Shown here: positions 59,413 through 64,000 of the stretch, one piece after another
Layout of the letters: each line of letters opens with the position of its first letter
How positions within the stretch are numbered: the first letter of the stretch is position 1
NCBI GenBank assembly: GCA_964270895.1
Contig: OZ185440.1
DNA: 64,000 bases
Reading direction: 5' to 3' (one strand)
DNA from: Podarcis filfolensis
Lineage: Eukaryota
Notes under the pieces: model-generated
Databases searched by the model: none
Told to the model about the DNA's origin: nothing
What the model saw: only the letters and a program-made list of their open reading frames with translations
Position numbers and translations under genes: made by a program

Positions 59413-61744
59413 TAGGTAGGACTAAGCAGAATCACAGTATTGAATGTTCATCCACACAAAAATAGAACATCAGGGAGAAATATTCTAGCATAGGTCTCCC
59501 CTCTAACACTTAAAGGGTTTTTTTTGGGGGGGGGTTGTTAAATGAAGGAGTATTCAAGCATGTGAGCCCCACATAAAGTATGAAACAGTACAACCCTGAC
59601 ATGGGTTTACCAACCAGCAACGCCTAGGCATTTACCTAAAATCAGTAATGAAAATGTGAATTAGATCAGCCCTGTGAGGCTGCCCAGCTTGTGCAGAAGA
59701 TTTTGAGGTGTTGTTACAAGCAGCAAATTGTGAGCTATTTCATTTATTATGTCTTTTTTAAAACCATTGTGAGGAGTGCCATTTGGATTTGTCAACTTTG
59801 GGCACTAGAATGAAATACCTAAAAACAAGTTTGAAATTTTTATCCAATACGGGTCACCTCCTGAAGTTTGCCGACTCCAATAAATGAAAATACAGTCCTT
59901 GGCTGATAAACAAATGAAGCAGAAGGCTATTTGGCTTGTTCTGTACGAAGGCCTCCTGGCCTGTTGGTGTGGGTGATATTTTAGGCTTCATTATACAAAT
60001 CCCTCCTGCTGCAAGAAAACTCTGCTTGGATTATAACAGACCCCTATGCACACAGCAGGAACAGAACTGTTTTGAGTACACCCGGGTCTCTTTTCCAATG
60101 TTAATCATTTATGGCCTTTGGGGAGAGGGGGGAGGAGGGATAAACAAACAAATTACATTGTCTTTTCCCTACCAGGATTTGCATATTTGAGTAGCCATTT
60201 GATTACAACATGGTGTCTACATAACACCAAGCTGCAAACATTGGCAACCATCAGGCTGGGAGATTAGACCAGCCATGTGAACCAAGGGCTCCATGAAGCC
60301 GCCTGATGGGCCAGTGGCACTCACTGACAGAGATTCTGTTACTTGCTGGCCAGAAAACCGCTGTGTGCGAAGGGGCGCTTCAAAGCACTTGCATGAGATT
60401 CCATGCTAGGAGGATGGGGACAGAGACTGAGCTGTTGCGAGGGGGGAGAGCTTGTCACAAAGGAGCCATCTGCTGCAGCCTCCTGCCTGGCTGTCACTCA
60501 TTGTCCCATCTTGCTGTTCAGTGACTCAATTTCTAATTGTCAAGCTATGTTTGAAGCATGAAAAGAAAATGTTAGCGATGGCTGAGCTTCTGGGAAAGGT
60601 AGGAGAGAAGTCGAGAAGGGCCGAGGAGAGAATCAGAACATTTGCAGAACACTTTCCTTTCCCCCCAAAAATGACAATCATAATAATTTATAATGTTGGT
60701 TTAGCTCCAAAAGGAAAATAAGTGTGCCGTGTTGCATGATGGGTAAGACAAGACAAAACTAATTCCAAAAGCCCCATCTCTGCTCAACATCTCTGCCACA
60801 TTTAAGAAAGCAGATTGCTGCTCTGTCCCCAAGCCCAGCTCTCCCAGCAACCTCCTTCTCCACCCATCATTAAACCAGCTGTTTAAAACAGTTGCCAAGA
60901 CAACAGCCTCCAAAGTCCTTCCATTAAAATGTCTGATTGTAATTTAATTAATCCTTGTAGGCCAGTAGGCAATGTGTTTCTAGGCCTGGCGTGGTGGCAT
61001 TTCTTGATCACTGAGACATGACTGAGTTGGAGTTTCTGGCAAGGACACATTGCCTTTTCTTTCCATGAGCAGATAATCAACAAATCCTTCATAAAATGGG
61101 ATATCCTCATCTCATTCAGGTCAGAAGAAATGCCCTGAGTGGACTATGGTGCTAGGGAGGCAGTTCAATGCTCTCCTATGCCACAAATTCTCTGTATGAC
61201 TTTGGCTGTGTCAGCTAGTCTTGCTGTTGGATTAAGGCACTTGTCTTTAACACTAGGTACATAATAAATGGTAAAGGAAAAAATAAGCACATTCCTGTGC
61301 ATTTTCTTATGACTATCAAATAAAAAAGCTTAGGTGTTACACATGAGGAAGAGAAAGAGGGTTAACATGCTAGTTTCACCCTCCTTTGTCATTGTATTGG
61401 TCACCATCTAACTCACAGAAGGTGACAATCTGAAGAGAGCTTTGAAGGCTCCCTGTGCATTTTAGAACCCTGCATTATTAAGGTTCTAAAATGTAGCTGG
61501 TACATCCATGGCTTTAGAGTAACACCTTGTAACAGCAATAGAGGTGGCAGAATCAGCATGCTCATTCCTGCTGTCCCCCTCACATGTTTGTTAACAAAGC
61601 ATGCTTCCTAAAGCAATTGCAAGCATTTACATGGTTTCCATTGATCCAAACTAGAATGTGCAGTTTTTAAAAATGCCAGTGTGGAAGCTATGCATTATTT
61701 AGGGTTTCTAGAGCCATAAGCCATTCTTACATTTTGAAGGAGGC

Positions 61745-61852
61745 CTTAGATGCGTTAGATATTGCTGGACTCCAACTCCGATCATCCCTGCCCACTAGAC
61801 ATTCTTTCAGGGGCTGATGGCATGGAGTCCAAAAACATCTGGAGGGCCACAG
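61745..61852. mobile_element. ~135-bp palindromic MITE, degraded
   Basis: agatattgctggactccaactccgatcatccc...ggggctgatggcatggagtccaaaaacatctggagggccacag. Confidence 0.6.
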
Positions 61853-64000
61853 TGTGACTTCGGCTTCAGATGGACAACTGTTGCACAGTGGCATCTTGGG
61901 ACAGGTACCTTCTCTGCATTAACTCACTTTCATAGCAATACAGTTTTAAAACCTTTCCCCCAAAGGTCTCCATTAATCATTTATCGGGGCTATGCAGATT
62001 CTGAAAGATTAATTAATTAATAAGTGACCAGTTGAATCTCAGAAATTCCATGGAAAAAGACATATCTGCAGGTAGAAACTCACAGAACAGTTCATGAAAC
62101 AGAGGATGGAGAAGAAGCCTACACTAGGACTCAGCTGTGATGCTGAGGAGTCTCCTGGGATGGAAGAAGCTTGTTTTCTCAATCAATGCTGATGTGTGTT
62201 TGCAAATACTGGTTGAAAGGAGCCTAACAGCATAATCTGCAAATCCAAATATTAGCACCAGCTCAGAGCATTCAAGGCCAGCAAAACATTTGCATGTGAC
62301 CAAGCAGAATGCATTCCAATTTGGAAATCTCAGTTCTTTAAAGGCAAGGTGGAGATTTGTCTCGCTAATGCTCCTACAATGTAGACTGCAGGCATAAGCT
62401 CTGCATTATCTTAAGAGATTAGTAAAATACCATATTGTGCCATGTATATGTTGCAGCATAGCACCCCTGGTGATAGTGTCTGATCCATTCAAGTCTCTGA
62501 CACAACACAGAGGCCCCCACTTGCCTATAGTACTGATTCTTCTCAGTATTTTACTCACAATCACAACTGTCATTGTAACTAAGCTATGATGGGTCAGCAT
62601 CTCCTTCCAGTTCCTCTCCGCAGGCTCTCATTAAAGGGCGTTAAAAACTCTTTGTGGGAACTTTTCATGATTAAATTACCTGTCTTTTTTCATTATGAAT
62701 TCTTCAGAGAGACAGAATTTCATGACAAACTGTTAGGTGCCGGAAAAATAGCTGTATAAGTGCCTGCACACCGAGCTTCATATCATGAAGGCAGCAAGGT
62801 TTATTCCTCTTAATTCCCAGAGAACCATGGCTACATTTCCCATGTCTTCAGACATACAGAAAGGGAATATCCAATCTGGCATTTTGAAGAACTGCATCCA
62901 GTACCTTCTGTGCCCCTCCCTCCAGGAGACCCCTGCCCCACTAACTGTCTTAGCCCAACCAGAAGGGTAGGCCTGAAAACTGATAATGAAAAATGGGAAC
63001 TATATTTCAAAATGAGCAAGGGCTGAAAGGCCAGCAACATTGGTTCCACCCTGGCCTATGTTACTGGCTTATCATGGTTTATTGTGCACCAGCAACATGC
63101 TCATGGACATGACCACATTGCTCTAACTTTGCTGCTCATTTGGTGTACGCAGGAGAAACCAAGCAGGAATTTGCAGTTCAGTTTGGCTTTTCATGAAATG
63201 TGAACCTGGGGTCATGGCTTGTTGCTCCCTAATATACAGGGATTCTTAAGCCACCTCTTCCTCCCAAGAAGGAAGGGTAATGCAGCTGCTGTGAAGCTAG
63301 CTTAGCAGCTCTGTCCCACCTGGCAAGCTGCTTCTGTCAAGCTGCTGTTTATCTGGGCAGGTGACACCCCTACTTAATTCAGACCTTTTCGAGGGTGTTA
63401 TCTCCTGCCTCACCCACCCACCAGAGTTCTTTGCAGGCTACACAATTCAGGCATCAGTGTGTAGATGGTGCAAACAAATGAGCCAAGCTATAAACACACC
63501 CTCTTCCAAAAGTTGCAGTCCAGTACGATATACAATAAAATCCCCAACCTCATTAGTCAGATCCTTTGGGTACATGCCCCCAGAAATGTTATGCTGCTGA
63601 AACACCTGCATGTTTTTAGCTGTAATGATTTCTGATATAGCTGAAGAAAGTGAAGGGATCCCATAACTGGGGACAGGAGGCGGGGGGGAGAGAGAAAGAA
63701 ACCTTACGACTACAGAATGCCATGATAACAAAATGAGAAAAGAGAGTCACAAGGCATATTTCATAAATTTACTCCACTATTGTGAAGCTGCAAGGATCGC
63801 TGGATCCTGGGCTCTTCGGCATCTACGTGGTGGCAATCACTTAATTTAACATTTCTCTTTGCTACTAACTTTGGCATCTGCTAAGGCTTCTATATAAATA
63901 GCTTCACTATCACAAAATACAGCAGAAACACCCAGCCTCTCCAAAGGCTGCTGTTCAGCTTCCACACCTCATCCTGTGTTCTGATACATTAAGGAGCAAT

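Larger units (their letters stand above)
56819..64000 (-). other. PLXNA2: PLXNA2 intron upstream of the exon (3' part only)
   Basis: Ends in a pyrimidine tract and AG acceptor at 56819-56820; no plexin-like coding sequence recognised in 56819-64000. Confidence 0.8.

Noticed and set aside
60701-60913. Minus-strand ORF with faint L2-like wording
   Set aside because: No contiguous RT motif; similarity not above chance.

Overview
Vertebrate genomic DNA, not prokaryotic; almost certainly a squamate, probably a lacertid lizard (Sauria SINEs, tRNA/CR1-tail SINEs, L2/CR1/L1 fragments, Tigger-, Tc2- and hAT-type MITEs). The window appears to lie entirely inside the plexin-A2 gene (PLXNA2, minus strand). 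The only host coding sequence I can recognise is one 135-bp phase-0/0 exon at 56684-56818 ([10 protein letters not shown]...YVMSERQ, C-terminal sema domain, AG/GT boundaries). The rest is intron: more than 56 kb downstream, with no recognisable next exon, and more than 7 kb upstream. Apart from this exon and some transposon-derived frames (L1 ORF2 C-terminus, a Penelope GIY-YIG remnant, L2 RT tails, a small acidic ORF in an LTR-like repeat), the supplied ORFs look like chance or tandem-repeat artefacts. I cannot demonstrate a new biological system. The strongest unexplained object is an 851-bp promoter- and polyA-bearing insert at 6530-7380. It has 87-bp terminal direct repeats and a perfect 28-bp flanking duplication (X-B-A-B-X), which does not fit a single known integration mechanism cleanly. 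Next are a 115-codon acidic/RRSxRL ORF whose stop codon lies in the TATA box of an LTR-like element, and a Tc2-type MITE carrying a ~154-bp minisatellite. Repeat family names and protein comparisons come from recalled consensus sequences and were not checked by database search.
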